A stretch of DNA of 64,000 nt from Nannocystis bainbridge (GTDB lineage: Bacteria; Myxococcota_A; Polyangia; Nannocystales; Nannocystaceae): positions 896,001 to 960,000 of the forward strand of contig NZ_JAQNDL010000003.1 of the NCBI RefSeq assembly GCF_028368995.1, read 5' to 3'. The notes below the pieces were generated by a model. The model saw only the letters and a program-made list of their open reading frames with translations. It did no database searches and was not told the origin of the DNA. Position 1 is the first letter of the stretch, and the number at the start of each line of letters is the position of its first letter. Both the position numbers and the translations under genes were made by a program. Positions 1 through 9,736 of the stretch are shown here, piece by piece.

Positions 1-833
1 CCTCGACCTCGACGACCGCGAGCGACACCACGACCTCGACCGGCGAGCTCACCGACACCGGCGTCGGCCCGAGCACTGGCACGACCACCGAAGACCTCAC
101 CACCGGCGACCTCACCACCTCGTCGTCGACTTCGTCGACCGGCGATACCACCACCACGACCGGCTCGACCACCGACGACACCACCACGACCTCGACGACC
201 TCGACCGGTGATGCCACCACCGACGAGCCGGGCCAGCTCGGCGAGCTCTCTGGCGATTGTGGGCTCATCGACGCCATGGAGCTCGAATCACCGGACCCGT
301 TCGTGTTCAGCGGCGCCATCGATTTCGCCATGGTCGGCTACGATTACGACCTGCTGACCCCCGGCGGCCAGCAGATCTACGACGCGGGCAACCTCAACCC
401 CGGCTCGCTGTACTCGGAGATCGTCGCCTACGAGGTGCTCGCGCGCTGCGAGCAGGCCGCGCTGCTCAAGACCGAGGGCACGATCACGTACACCAACCCG
501 ATGGGCAAGAAGACCGACTTCCTGGCCGAGATCGACGGCCTCAAGATCGGGGTCAGCGTCGTGCGAGCCGTCGGCTTCCCCAAGGACGCGCCGTGGACCG
601 TCGCCCAGGCCGAGACGATCCTGAAGGGCAAGCTCTCGGACATCCTCGTCAGCAGCGCCAACGTCGCCCCCGCCGACGCGTGGACCAAACAGATCCTGAG
701 CGTCGTCGCCTACGGACCCATGCACCTCGAGAGCCTGCTCGCCGCCTACGAGGGCCTCGACCCGGCCATCAAGGCCGACACGATCCTCGTCATCACCGTC
801 ACCGACGGTGATGACGCGTTCATCTACAACTGA
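1..833 (+). CDS. 5'-truncated Thr/Ser-rich stalk protein (probable lipoprotein) with C-terminal AAC4-like, PD-(D/E)XK-like domain
   Basis: The frame of ORF 276..833 stays open to the window edge (STSTTASDTTTSTGELT...). The C-terminus has SEIVAYEVL...LLKTE...KTDF...GVSVVRA...KQIL, recalled as resembling the Dictyostelium AAC4-type family. Confidence 0.7.
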   Translation, partial: STSTTASDTTTSTGELTDTGVGPSTGTTTEDLTTGDLTTSSSTSSTGDTTTTTGSTTDDTTTTSTTSTGDATTDEPGQLGELSGDCGLIDAMELESPDPFVFSGAIDFAMVGYDYDLLTPGGQQIYDAGNLNPGSLYSEIVAYEVLARCEQAALLKTEGTITYTNPMGKKTDFLAEIDGLKIGVSVVRAVGFPKDAPWTVAQAETILKGKLSDILVSSANVAPADAWTKQILSVVAYGPMHLESLLAAYEGLDPAIKADTILVITVTDGDDAFIYN

Positions 834-1029
834 CAGCATTGCGGGCGGTCCCCGCGTGGCAATTTCGCGCCGCGCATGTCGGCCGTCGCGGACGGGCACC
901 GGCCCCTCGCGCTCGCATGCGCCCGCGCGGATGAAGCGACCGCGCGCGGGCCTCGGGCCAGGCCCCGATCCTCCCTGCATCGCACTTCTGTTACGGTGTC
1001 GCGGGGCTCGTCCGGCGAGCGTGCCAGCG

Positions 1030-1437
1030 ATGTTCAAGATCCGCGCGGAACAGGCCGATACGCTCGCTGACGACGACCTCGTCCGCCGCATCATCGCCTA
1101 CTTGCAGGTCCGCATGCCGGAGCAGATCGCCAAGCACGACCCGTTCGACCTGCGGGCGGCGGTGCTCCACTGCTTCGAGGTCGCCCGCTCCTACGCCGTG
1201 ACCAGCGAGCGCGGGCTCTTCACCTTCGTCATGGACATGCTGGCCGTCGGCCCGTGCTTCCATTTGCAGCCGAAGATCCAGGCGATCCTCGACCAGCGCG
1301 AGCTCGACGAGCAGGTCCGGCTCGACCGGATCGTCGACGACGTCGACGACGTCGCGTGGGAGGAGGCCGCCGTGGTCACCGATCCGGCGGTCTACTGGGA
1401 CGACGTGCTCAACGAGGCCGACAAAAAGAGGGAGTAG
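1030..1437 (+). CDS. Small helical protein resembling T6SS effector-associated adaptors (DUF4123-associated type)
   Basis: ATG at 1030 gives MFKIRAEQ...ARSYAVTSER...MLAVGPCFH. It ends 3 bp before the DUF2235 gene. Confidence 0.6.
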   Translation: MFKIRAEQADTLADDDLVRRIIAYLQVRMPEQIAKHDPFDLRAAVLHCFEVARSYAVTSERGLFTFVMDMLAVGPCFHLQPKIQAILDQRELDEQVRLDRIVDDVDDVAWEEAAVVTDPAVYWDDVLNEADKKRE

Positions 1438-1440
1438 GCG

Positions 1441-2664
1441 ATGGCGGCGGCACGGGCTACGGCGAGAGGGGTCCAGGGCGAGGCGCAGTCGTTCCCGGCG
1501 ACGCGGCCGGGCGCGACCCGCCCGTGCGATGCCACGGGCCGCAAGCTGCGGGCGGGCGTCTTCTTCGACGGCACCGACAACAACAAGGCCCGCGACGAGC
1601 CGCGCCAGGGCCACACCAACGTGGTCCGGCTCTACAACGTCTACAAGGACACCGCCACTCCGCAGGAGAAGTGGGTCAAGCAGTACATCGTCGGCCTCGG
1701 CTCGATGGACACCGACGCGCGTCAGCGCCAGGCCGAGCGCGAGCGGGCCGAAGTGAAGGACAAGTGGTTCGGCGCCCGCTGGGGCCGGGAGGTGACCAGT
1801 CGTGGCCGGCACCTGGCCGACACCGGGGCCAACGTCGCCGGCCTCGCCGGCGGCCTCGGCGGCCAGGAGCGGCTCAACCGCGCCTACTTCTGGCTGCGCG
1901 ACCGCTGCGGCGAGCTGCCGCTGCAGGCGTGCAAGACCGTCGACGTGTTCGGCTTCTCGCGCGGGGCAGCGCTCGCGCGCACCTTCATCAACCTCGTCAA
2001 CATGGCGCTGCGCCGCAGCCAGCCGCACGTCACGGTCCGCTTCGTCGGCATCTACGACTCCGTCGGCTCGTTCGGCAAGGCCGGCGACGACTCGAACCCC
2101 GGCCAGAACATGTACGTCGACGCCACGGACATGATGGACCTGCGCCACTTCGTCGCCCGCCACGAGTACCGCGAGAACTTCCCGCTGTCGTACATCACCG
2201 GCGTGGACCGCGAGTACCCCGGGGCCCACTCCGACGTCGGCGGCAGCTACCCCCCGCTCGAGAACGGCAAGGTCAACCACCTCGCGTTCATCCCGTTCCG
2301 CGACATGTACCAGGCCGGCATTCGCTGGACCCTGTGGAAGCTGGCCTGGACGACCCAGCTGCACGGCCTGGCCGTCAACGCGGTCCAGCCGCTGAAGGTC
2401 CGCTCGGACCAACTCGCCGGCCCCGCGACCAAGCCGATGACCTCGCACCAGCGCCTCACCGAGCCGCAGCGCGAGTTCTTCAACCGCTACATCCACGAGT
2501 CGGGCGTCCGCCCGCGCGGCCTCGTCGCCGGCGTGTGGAACGACGGCGTCGCCGGTCACGTCACCAACGTCGGCAACCAGATCGATCCCGCCGGCAGGCG
2601 GCGGCGGATCCCCCATCGCCGCCTGCGCCTCACCGCCATGCCCCCGTCGTTCAAGTGGAAGTGA
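1441..2664 (+). CDS. DUF2235 / Tle1-like alpha/beta-hydrolase (phospholipase effector family)
   Basis: Motifs VFFDGTDNN, HTNVVRLY, GFSRGAA (catalytic Ser), GIYDSVGS, PGAHSDVGG. Confidence 0.9.
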   Translation: MAAARATARGVQGEAQSFPATRPGATRPCDATGRKLRAGVFFDGTDNNKARDEPRQGHTNVVRLYNVYKDTATPQEKWVKQYIVGLGSMDTDARQRQAERERAEVKDKWFGARWGREVTSRGRHLADTGANVAGLAGGLGGQERLNRAYFWLRDRCGELPLQACKTVDVFGFSRGAALARTFINLVNMALRRSQPHVTVRFVGIYDSVGSFGKAGDDSNPGQNMYVDATDMMDLRHFVARHEYRENFPLSYITGVDREYPGAHSDVGGSYPPLENGKVNHLAFIPFRDMYQAGIRWTLWKLAWTTQLHGLAVNAVQPLKVRSDQLAGPATKPMTSHQRLTEPQREFFNRYIHESGVRPRGLVAGVWNDGVAGHVTNVGNQIDPAGRRRRIPHRRLRLTAMPPSFKWK

Positions 2665-3685
2665 CGGGCGCATCGACGGCCTCCGCTCGCGCCGCGCGCT
2701 GGGCCGCCAGCCGGCGACGATAAAGGCTGTACCACAGCACGATCGCCCGGTCCGACGGCACGAACCGGCACGCGTGCAGCGGCAGGCCCGAGCGCACCAC
2801 GGCCCGCTGCTGCGCCAGGTCGTCGGGCTGGACGAAGCGCTGCTCGCTCCACACCGCCAGGCGCGCCAGCAGGCCGCCGATCACCGGGGTCGAGAGCGCG
2901 TAGCGGAACACCAGCGCCGTGCGGTTCGCGTCGATCGGCGTCATCGCCACGATGAGTCGCCCGCCGCGGAACTCGCCGAACACCAGCGCCGGGAAATTGC
3001 AGTTCAGCGTGATCGCTAGGCCGCCGCGGCCGTCCCACGCGTGCCCGTCGTCGCGCCGCAGCGTCCCGCTGCTGTACACGAAATCGCCGTCGAGGCGGGC
3101 CTCGTACGGATCGAGCCGATGACCGAGCCCCGGCGTGACGCGGCGGTGGGCGAATGGGGTGTGATGAATGTCGAGGTTGCTCTCGATCGCCAATTGCAGC
3201 GGCACGTCCCATTCGAGCGCGCCGGTGGCGGTGCCGCGGCCCTCGCCCTCGGGCATGCCGGCGGGCCAGAACGGCTCCGGGTAGCGCTCGCGCGGCGCGC
3301 CCCACCACAGCCACACCAGGCCGTGGGCTTCGCGGACCGGATAGGTGCGCACCGCAAGCTCGGCGCCGATCCGGAACTCGCGGCCCTCGCACGGCGCCGC
3401 CACGCAGCGGCCGTCGGCGGCGAAGCGAAAGCCGTGGTACGGGCACTGCAGCGCCCCGTCGACGACGCGACCTTCGCCGAGGTCGGCGCCGCGGTGCGGG
3501 CAGGCCGCGTCGACCGCGGCGATCCTGCCATCGTCGCCGCGGAACAGCGCCAGCGCGCGGCCGAAGCGGCGCAGCGCCAGCGGCCGTCGCCGCGGCAGCG
3601 AGCGCGCGCGTGCGACCGCGTACCACGCGTCCTCGATGAATTCGGCGGCGTCGCGGCGGATGGAGATCAGGGGTTCGTGTCGCAT
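2651..3685 (-). CDS. Rieske 2Fe-2S non-heme iron oxygenase (VanA/KshA-like)
   Basis: Rieske motif CPHRG...CPYHG and mononuclear Fe motif ESNLDIHHTPFAH. Confidence 0.9.
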   Translation of the reverse strand: MRHEPLISIRRDAAEFIEDAWYAVARARSLPRRRPLALRRFGRALALFRGDDGRIAAVDAACPHRGADLGEGRVVDGALQCPYHGFRFAADGRCVAAPCEGREFRIGAELAVRTYPVREAHGLVWLWWGAPRERYPEPFWPAGMPEGEGRGTATGALEWDVPLQLAIESNLDIHHTPFAHRRVTPGLGHRLDPYEARLDGDFVYSSGTLRRDDGHAWDGRGGLAITLNCNFPALVFGEFRGGRLIVAMTPIDANRTALVFRYALSTPVIGGLLARLAVWSEQRFVQPDDLAQQRAVVRSGLPLHACRFVPSDRAIVLWYSLYRRRLAAQRAARAEAVDAPVTST

Positions 3686-3815
3686 CGTCGGCTCCTCGCG
3701 GCCGGGTTATGCTCGGCCCGTCCGCGCCTCAGCGTGGCGCGGCGGGCCCGAGGCCGCACGCATGCACCGCGCCAGATCGACTGACCGAGCGCGCCACCCG
3801 GCGAGCGATGCGACC

Positions 3816-4808
3816 ATGGGCTCGCACCTGCCCGCGCGCCTGTTCGCGTTCGCCGTCGGCCTCGGCCTCGAAGAGACAGGGCTGCGCGCGCGCACCGGCC
3901 TCGGCGCCGCCGCGCTCGCCGATCCCGACGCGCGCGTGCCCCTGTCCGGCGTCTACGAACTGATCGAGGCCGTGTGCGAGCGCCTCGGCGACGTCGCCAG
4001 CCTGCGCTTCATCGCCGGCATCGAGGCCGGCGACCTCGACGCGCTCGGCTTCCTCCTCAACACCTGCCCCGACCTCGGCGTCGCGCTCGCCCGCTTCGTC
4101 GCCTTTCAGGCCCTCTACAACGACGGCGAGCGGTTCGAGGCGATCGACGTCGGCGACGACGCCGTGGCCCTGCGCTACACCCCGTTCGGCCCGCCCCGGC
4201 GCGCGCACGCGTGGATGGCCGAGGTCACCTTCCTCGATTTCCTCGTCAACGGCCCGCGCTGGCTCGGCCGCGATCTCGAGGTGCGCGCAGTCAGGTTGCG
4301 GCGCGTGCCGACCGAGGATCTCGAGCTGCGGCGCGCGCTCGGCCCGGTCGAGTTCGGGGCGCTTTGCGACGAGCTGGTGCTGCCGCGCGCGGCATTGCAG
4401 GTGCGCATGCCGGGCGCAGACCCGGCGATGCAGGCGTTCTTCGAGCGATTCGCCCGCGACCAGCTCGCGCGTCTGCCGAAGGATGGCAGCCTGCGGGCGC
4501 GCGTGCGGGCGCAGGTGGCCGCGCGGCTGCACCAGGGCGCGCCGACCCTGCTCGAGCTCGCGGAAGCCCTCGGGCTGGCCCCGCGGACCCTCCAGCGCAA
4601 GCTGCAGGCCGAGGGCGAGACGCTCGCGGCCCTGGTCGACGCCGTTCGCCGCGAGCGGGCCGCCGCGCTGCTCGCCGGCCCGCAGCCGCTCTCGGAGGTC
4701 TCGTACCGGCTCGGCTTCTCGGCCCCGAGCGCCTTCTTCCGCGCGTTCCGCCGCTGGACCGGCGAGACCCCCGAGGCCTACCGCGTCCGGGTCCGCACAG
4801 GTCCCTGA
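3816..4808 (+). CDS. AraC-family transcriptional regulator, divergent from the Rieske oxygenase
   Basis: C-terminal LAEALGLAPRTLQRKL...LGFSAPSAFFRAFRRWTGETP, with an N-terminal arabinose-binding-2-type domain. Confidence 0.9.
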   Translation: MGSHLPARLFAFAVGLGLEETGLRARTGLGAAALADPDARVPLSGVYELIEAVCERLGDVASLRFIAGIEAGDLDALGFLLNTCPDLGVALARFVAFQALYNDGERFEAIDVGDDAVALRYTPFGPPRRAHAWMAEVTFLDFLVNGPRWLGRDLEVRAVRLRRVPTEDLELRRALGPVEFGALCDELVLPRAALQVRMPGADPAMQAFFERFARDQLARLPKDGSLRARVRAQVAARLHQGAPTLLELAEALGLAPRTLQRKLQAEGETLAALVDAVRRERAAALLAGPQPLSEVSYRLGFSAPSAFFRAFRRWTGETPEAYRVRVRTGP

Positions 4809-4832
4809 GGACATGTCCCTCGGGACCTATCA
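4795..4832. repeat. 14-bp-period palindrome array, 3 units
   Basis: GCACAGGTCC / GGACATGTCC / GGACCTATCA, core C at 4798, 4812, 4826. Spans the araC stop codon. Confidence 0.65.
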
Positions 4833-4851
4833 TCATAGTCTCCGAGCGACC

Positions 4852-4895
4852 AAAAAACGATGACGCGGGCCGGGGTCCGGCGCCCGCGTCATCGT
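4852..4895 (-). terminator. Rho-independent terminator for the minus-strand gene 4934..5200
   Basis: 14-bp inverted repeat ACGATGACGCGGGC / GCCCGCGTCATCGT followed by a T-run on the minus strand. Confidence 0.8.
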
Positions 4896-4933
4896 CGATT
4901 CTTCAGTGAATCAGCGCCCTGGTCCCGTGGGGA

Positions 4934-5200
4934 TCAGGCCCGGGCGGCGAAGCGGCGGATCTCCTCGCGGAACCACGAGTCGGCCTCGTCGGTGAACTTG
5001 TAGTTCTCGCGGATGTACGCCATCGTGTCCTTCTCGACATCGGTGTACTTGCCGCCGTCGGTGACGGCGCCGATCAGCTCCTTGGCGTCGGTGAGGGAGA
5101 TGCGACCGTCGCCCTTGCCGGCGGTGGTCCGCTCGGCGATCTCGAGCATCTGCTTGTCGAACTTCTTGCCTTCGATGATCTTGTAGTACGTCTCGGACAT
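4934..5200 (-). CDS. Conserved small hypothetical protein (88 aa)
   Basis: MSETYYKIIEGKKFD...GKGDGRIS...YTDVEKDTMAYIRENYKFT. Typical coding codon usage, EF-hand-like GDGRIS loop. Confidence 0.8.
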   Translation of the reverse strand: MSETYYKIIEGKKFDKQMLEIAERTTAGKGDGRISLTDAKELIGAVTDGGKYTDVEKDTMAYIRENYKFTDEADSWFREEIRRFAARA

Positions 5201-5245
5201 GGTGCCGGGGACGATACCGAACATGGCGGGCTCATGCATGACCGC

Positions 5246-7294
5246 TCATCGCCGGCGTCGACGGGCGAATGCGAGCAGCACCAGCAGCAGGGCCGCCGGC
5301 GGGCGCGTTGTCGCGCGGCAGCCACAACCCTCGCCTGACCCCTCCGAACCGGCGGTCGCGCCCGAATCGCTCGCACCGCCGGTTTCGCTCGCATCGCCGC
5401 CCGTGAGGCCGCCGGCGGTCGGGTCGTCTCCGGTATTCGCCGTCGTGGTCGGGGCCGAGTCGCCGCCCGAGGGCTCGGGCCCGTCGGTGGGATCGCTACC
5501 GGTGGTCGGCCCGTCGCTCGTCGACCCGTCGCTGGTGCCCGGGCCGTCCGAGGTCTCGCCGTCGCTGGTCTCGCCGCCCGGGTCACCGCATTGCGGCGGC
5601 GGGGTGGTCTCGTCGACGCCCTCCGCCCGCGGGCCGTAATTCGGCGCGTCGCAGCCGGCCTCGAGCGCGCCGAGGTCGGGCGCCGCGCCGAGGAACCCGC
5701 CGTATCCGTGGAGCAGAGCGCCGGCGTCGACCGCGAGCGAGCTCGGGGACAGGCTCACGTCGACCGCCTCGACGACCGGCATGTAGCTGGTGGGCGCGAC
5801 GTAGCCGCTGGCGAAGATGTCGGCGGTGAGCAGGGTGCCGTGGGCCTCGAACACCCCGGCGGCCTGCATCGCCGCGAAGTCGGGGTAATCGCCGACGCCC
5901 TCGAACTCGAACGCGCCGTCGGGCCAGTAGCCGTTGTAGTCGATCACCGCGTTGTCGATCGGCGCGCTCAGCAGCACCGTCTGCCCGCCCTCCGGCTCGG
6001 CGCGGGTGACGTAGAGGTTGTTGACGAGGTGGAAATCGTGGGCGGTGTCGGTGGTCTGGACCTGATTGGCGCGGCTGGGGCTGACGAAGGTGTTGTGAAG
6101 GATCACCGCGCCGACGGTCTCGCCGGTGTCGCTGTTGGCGTGCAGCTTGGTCTGCTCGTCCTTGACGTTGACGACCACGTTGCGCAGCGCGTAGGCCGGG
6201 CCGCCGAAGATCGGCTGGAAGCTGAGCGGCGAATAGGAGTTGAGCAGCAGGTTGCGCATCGCCCGGGTGTTGCCGGCCGAGGCGTCGAGCTCGATCGCGT
6301 TGTCGTAGGCCGAGCGCGAGACGTTGCCGTAGATGTCGATCGCCCGCGCGCCGTCCTGCTCGGTCTTGATCGCGTCGCCCCAGCCGACCAGCTCGTTGTG
6401 ACAGACGACGTGGCCGAAGCCCTGGATGACGATGCCGTCGACGTTGGCGTTGACGCCGCCGTCGTCGGAGTAGACGTTCGGCCACGCCAGCGGGCCGGTG
6501 AGGGTGTTGTCGCAGAGGTAAAAATCGAGCTGGTCCTGACGCGCGCCGATGCCGAGGTTCACGTCCTCGATATGGAGGCGGCGGACGACGTTGCCCTCGG
6601 CGCCGGCGGTCTGGAAGCGAATGGCGCGGTTGGCGTTGCGGATCGTCAGGCGCTCGATGTGCACGTGACTGCCGTAGACCTCGAGCACGTTGCCGCCCGC
6701 GCCCTCGCCGTCGAGGATCGTGCCGGCCGTGCTGGCGCCGCGAACGACGATCGGGTCGTCGGCGGTGCCGCTGGCCTCGATCGACCAGGTGCCGCCATAG
6801 GTCCCCGCGGCCAGCTCGATGACGTCGCCCGGCTGGGCCGCGCCGAGGGCGTCACCGAGGCCGCCGGCGTCGCTGACCTGGATCACCTTGGGCGCGGCCG
6901 GATCGCCCGGCACCGGCCGGGTGCTGGCGGTCACCGTCCACGTCTCGTCGAGGCCGTCAGGGTCGCGGGCGTGCAGCTCGAGCTCGTAGGTGGTGTCGGG
7001 CCGCAGGTCGAACACGCTGCCGGCGAACTGCTGCGGCACCTGCAGGTTCACGACCTCGGGCCGCACGCGGAACAGCGGCGCGCCGACCTGCCACGCGGCC
7101 TCGCCCATGACGCGGTAGCGCAGCTCGATCGCGGCGTCACGATCGTCGTCGCCGGCGATCAGCACCTGCACGCCGAGAGTGACCACCGTGGGCCGGTCGA
7201 GCACGGTCTCGAGGATCTGCAGGTCGTCGGCGGCGCGCGCAGGCGCGGCAGTCGTGACGATGGCAGCAGCAGCGAGGAGCGGGATCGTACGCAT
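5246..7294 (-). CDS. Secreted pectin-lyase-like beta-helix protein with FnIII-like N-domain, Thr/Gly linker and MYXO-CTERM anchor
   Basis: Signal peptide MRTIPLLAAAAIVTTAAPARA, AQPGDVIELAAGTY beta-helix start, C-terminal GCGCRA...LLLVLLAFARRRRR. Confidence 0.85.
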   Translation of the reverse strand: MRTIPLLAAAAIVTTAAPARAADDLQILETVLDRPTVVTLGVQVLIAGDDDRDAAIELRYRVMGEAAWQVGAPLFRVRPEVVNLQVPQQFAGSVFDLRPDTTYELELHARDPDGLDETWTVTASTRPVPGDPAAPKVIQVSDAGGLGDALGAAQPGDVIELAAGTYGGTWSIEASGTADDPIVVRGASTAGTILDGEGAGGNVLEVYGSHVHIERLTIRNANRAIRFQTAGAEGNVVRRLHIEDVNLGIGARQDQLDFYLCDNTLTGPLAWPNVYSDDGGVNANVDGIVIQGFGHVVCHNELVGWGDAIKTEQDGARAIDIYGNVSRSAYDNAIELDASAGNTRAMRNLLLNSYSPLSFQPIFGGPAYALRNVVVNVKDEQTKLHANSDTGETVGAVILHNTFVSPSRANQVQTTDTAHDFHLVNNLYVTRAEPEGGQTVLLSAPIDNAVIDYNGYWPDGAFEFEGVGDYPDFAAMQAAGVFEAHGTLLTADIFASGYVAPTSYMPVVEAVDVSLSPSSLAVDAGALLHGYGGFLGAAPDLGALEAGCDAPNYGPRAEGVDETTPPPQCGDPGGETSDGETSDGPGTSDGSTSDGPTTGSDPTDGPEPSGGDSAPTTTANTGDDPTAGGLTGGDASETGGASDSGATAGSEGSGEGCGCRATTRPPAALLLVLLAFARRRRR

Positions 7295-7380
7295 GCGCCA
7301 GGCAGCGTAGACAAAAACCGCGGGCGGTTGCGCCCGGGGCCGGGCCGGCGGACGTGGGCCAGGCCGGGGCCGCGGGCACA

Positions 7381-9063
7381 CTATTCGACGTCGAGCTCGA
7401 TGGTGTACTGCTGGTCGGCTCCGAGCAGGTAGCGATCGAACAGGGGCGAATAGCTCCGCACGTGCATGGTCTTGCCGTCGGGGAGGAGCTCGAGGAGGCG
7501 CAGGTAGCCCTCGCCGCCGAGCTCGCGCATCTGGTAGTTGGCGAGCATCTGGTGGACCACGTTGCCGCGGTCGTTGATGCTCTCGAGGTGACCGGTGCCG
7601 TCGCCGAGCACGTGGCCGTTGAGGGTCAGCACGAAGCGGTGGCGACGGACGAGCTTCTGCCACAGCTCCTCGCCGTCGTTGACCCCGCCGGGCGTGTTGT
7701 ACTCGTGCGGGTTGAAGTCCTGCGGCGACGTGCTGTCCTTGTGGTCGTAGCGGCGGTCGTTGTTGTTGAGATAGGCGTGGGTGACGAAGATGCCGAGGCG
7801 TTCGGGGTGCTGCTCCATCACCGTGTTGGCCCAGTCGACCACCTCGTCGCGCGGGCCCCACTCGAGCATCATGGCGATCCACTCGTGCCCGCCGGCGGTG
7901 AACAAATGATAGGTGTTGTCGAGCTTGCCCTTCTCGAACGCGCCGCCGAAATTGGGGCTCATCGCGGCGTCGTCGAAATCGAACCATTCGTTCATCTTGG
8001 TGCCGCGCGTCGAAGCGTCGCCCGACGGGCCATAGTCGTGGTTCCCGGGCACGATCCCGTACGGCACGACCCCGTCGAGCAGGCTCATCGAGCCGCTGGC
8101 ACGCTCCCACTCGAGCTCGGTGTTGTTGTTGACGATGTCGCCGAGGTGGAACGCGTAGGCGATGCCGAGCGCCTCGGCGTTGCGGGCGATCCACGCCGTC
8201 TGGGCGTCGAACACCCCGGGGTAGCGCAGCGAATAGACCTGGGTGTCGGGCAGCACCGCGAACACCGTCGAGCCTTCGGTGAACGGCAGCGACTGCGGCG
8301 GCGGCGTCGGCCGGATCGGCAGCGTCTCGCGCACGCACACGCCCTCGACGTGGGCGGCGAGGTTGGCGAAGAAGTTGGTGATGAACGCCTCCTGCTGCAG
8401 GTCCGAGCCCATCGGCGCGTCGAGCGGCAGCGTCGACAGCAAGATCCGCCCCTGGCCGTACGCGCCCTCGAGCAGCGCCCCGTTCGAGCCGTCGCCCGCG
8501 CCCGCTAGCACGATCTCGAAGCCGCCCTGCTCGACGAACGCCTCGCGCCCGAGCTCGCCGCGCCAGGCCAGCCGCCCGCCGTCGATCTCGACCCCCGCGA
8601 GCAGCGGATGGTCGGGCTCCAGCACCTCGAGCTCGACCAGCTTGGCGCGCGCCCGCCGGGCCGTGTGCGTGGTCGGCAAGAACGGCGGCTCGGCCTCGGC
8701 CTCGGCCGACTGCGCCAGCTCGAGCAGGACGTTGGCCTCGTCGACGAAGAAATACAGGTCGTCGGCGTAGCTCTGCATGTACCCGGGGTACTCGGGCAGC
8801 TCGGTGGCGCCCGAGCCGAACACGATCAGCCCGTCGAGGCCCCACGGCGAGCGGTCGAGCGGCAGCGGCTCGACGATGAAGCCGGCGAACTCGAGGCGCT
8901 CGCGCACGCCGTCGTAGTCGGGGGCCATCACCCACGCGCGCGGCTCCCCGTTGCCGCAAGGCAACACCTCGACGACTTCGGGCGGGGGCGCCACCTGGCA
9001 AGCCGCCGACGACACGTATCCACCGAGGAAGAGGCCCGCGCGCACGCTCCGACGAAACGCCAT
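7381..9063 (-). CDS. Calcineurin-like metallophosphoesterase, probable lipoprotein
   Basis: PDTQ, HLGD, GNHD, VTHAY and NGH motifs. Lipobox-like SAAC. Confidence 0.85.
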   Translation of the reverse strand: MAFRRSVRAGLFLGGYVSSAACQVAPPPEVVEVLPCGNGEPRAWVMAPDYDGVRERLEFAGFIVEPLPLDRSPWGLDGLIVFGSGATELPEYPGYMQSYADDLYFFVDEANVLLELAQSAEAEAEPPFLPTTHTARRARAKLVELEVLEPDHPLLAGVEIDGGRLAWRGELGREAFVEQGGFEIVLAGAGDGSNGALLEGAYGQGRILLSTLPLDAPMGSDLQQEAFITNFFANLAAHVEGVCVRETLPIRPTPPPQSLPFTEGSTVFAVLPDTQVYSLRYPGVFDAQTAWIARNAEALGIAYAFHLGDIVNNNTELEWERASGSMSLLDGVVPYGIVPGNHDYGPSGDASTRGTKMNEWFDFDDAAMSPNFGGAFEKGKLDNTYHLFTAGGHEWIAMMLEWGPRDEVVDWANTVMEQHPERLGIFVTHAYLNNNDRRYDHKDSTSPQDFNPHEYNTPGGVNDGEELWQKLVRRHRFVLTLNGHVLGDGTGHLESINDRGNVVHQMLANYQMRELGGEGYLRLLELLPDGKTMHVRSYSPLFDRYLLGADQQYTIELDVE

Positions 9064-9178
9064 GGACCGAGCCTATCAACGTCGTGCATCGGCACGGCGG
9101 AGGCTCTGCAATTTTTCGCCCGCGATTGTCACGACCACGTGCCGGCGGTGCACGCCGGCTCGCGGGTCGACCTTGCGC

Positions 9179-9736
9179 TTATGGAAGGATCGGCTGGGTC
9201 GTGCCCGACGGCGCGCGAATGACCCCACATGCCAGCCGCGCGCCCGAGTTGCCGGCCGGATCGGTGATCAGGTCGTCCGCATCGGCGTGCACCACCATCG
9301 ATCGTCCGAGCACCCCGCGCGGCCCGGCGTCGAGCGTGATGATGTCGGTGGTCATGGCGATCGCGGCCCGCCCGGCGCCGTCGGCCTCGATGTTGCCGAG
9401 GTCGCCGAGGTGGTGATCGGGGCCCTCTGGCCCGCCGTGGTGCTTGTGCTCGGGGTTGAAGTGCGGCCCGGCGCTGCTGCCGTCGGCGGCCGAGCAGTCG
9501 CCGAACTCATGGATGTGAAATCCGTGGGGCCCGGGCGTGAGGCCCTGGATCTGCGCGCGCACCCGCAGGCGATTGGCGGTGACGCGGGTGAACTGGACGG
9601 TCCCGCGCACGCCGCTGCCAGCCAGCGGCTCCAGCGTGGCGATGGCCGCTCCCTCCTCGCCGCTGGTCCAGCAGGCGAGCGACCCCAACAGCGATAGCAG
9701 CGACGAAGCGACGATGAGCGAGGCGAATGGGCGCAT
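9179..9736 (-). CDS. sodC: Cu/Zn superoxide dismutase
   Basis: HGFHIHEFGDC, GPHFNP, HHLGDLGNI, VVH, GNSGARLACGVI, with a signal peptide/lipobox. Confidence 0.95.
   Translation of the reverse strand: MRPFASLIVASSLLSLLGSLACWTSGEEGAAIATLEPLAGSGVRGTVQFTRVTANRLRVRAQIQGLTPGPHGFHIHEFGDCSAADGSSAGPHFNPEHKHHGGPEGPDHHLGDLGNIEADGAGRAAIAMTTDIITLDAGPRGVLGRSMVVHADADDLITDPAGNSGARLACGVIRAPSGTTQPILP

Noticed and set aside
5246-9079. 1277-aa ORF as a single gene
   Set aside because: Its 5' half is an off-frame shadow of the metallophosphoesterase gene. The real protein starts at 7294 with a signal peptide.
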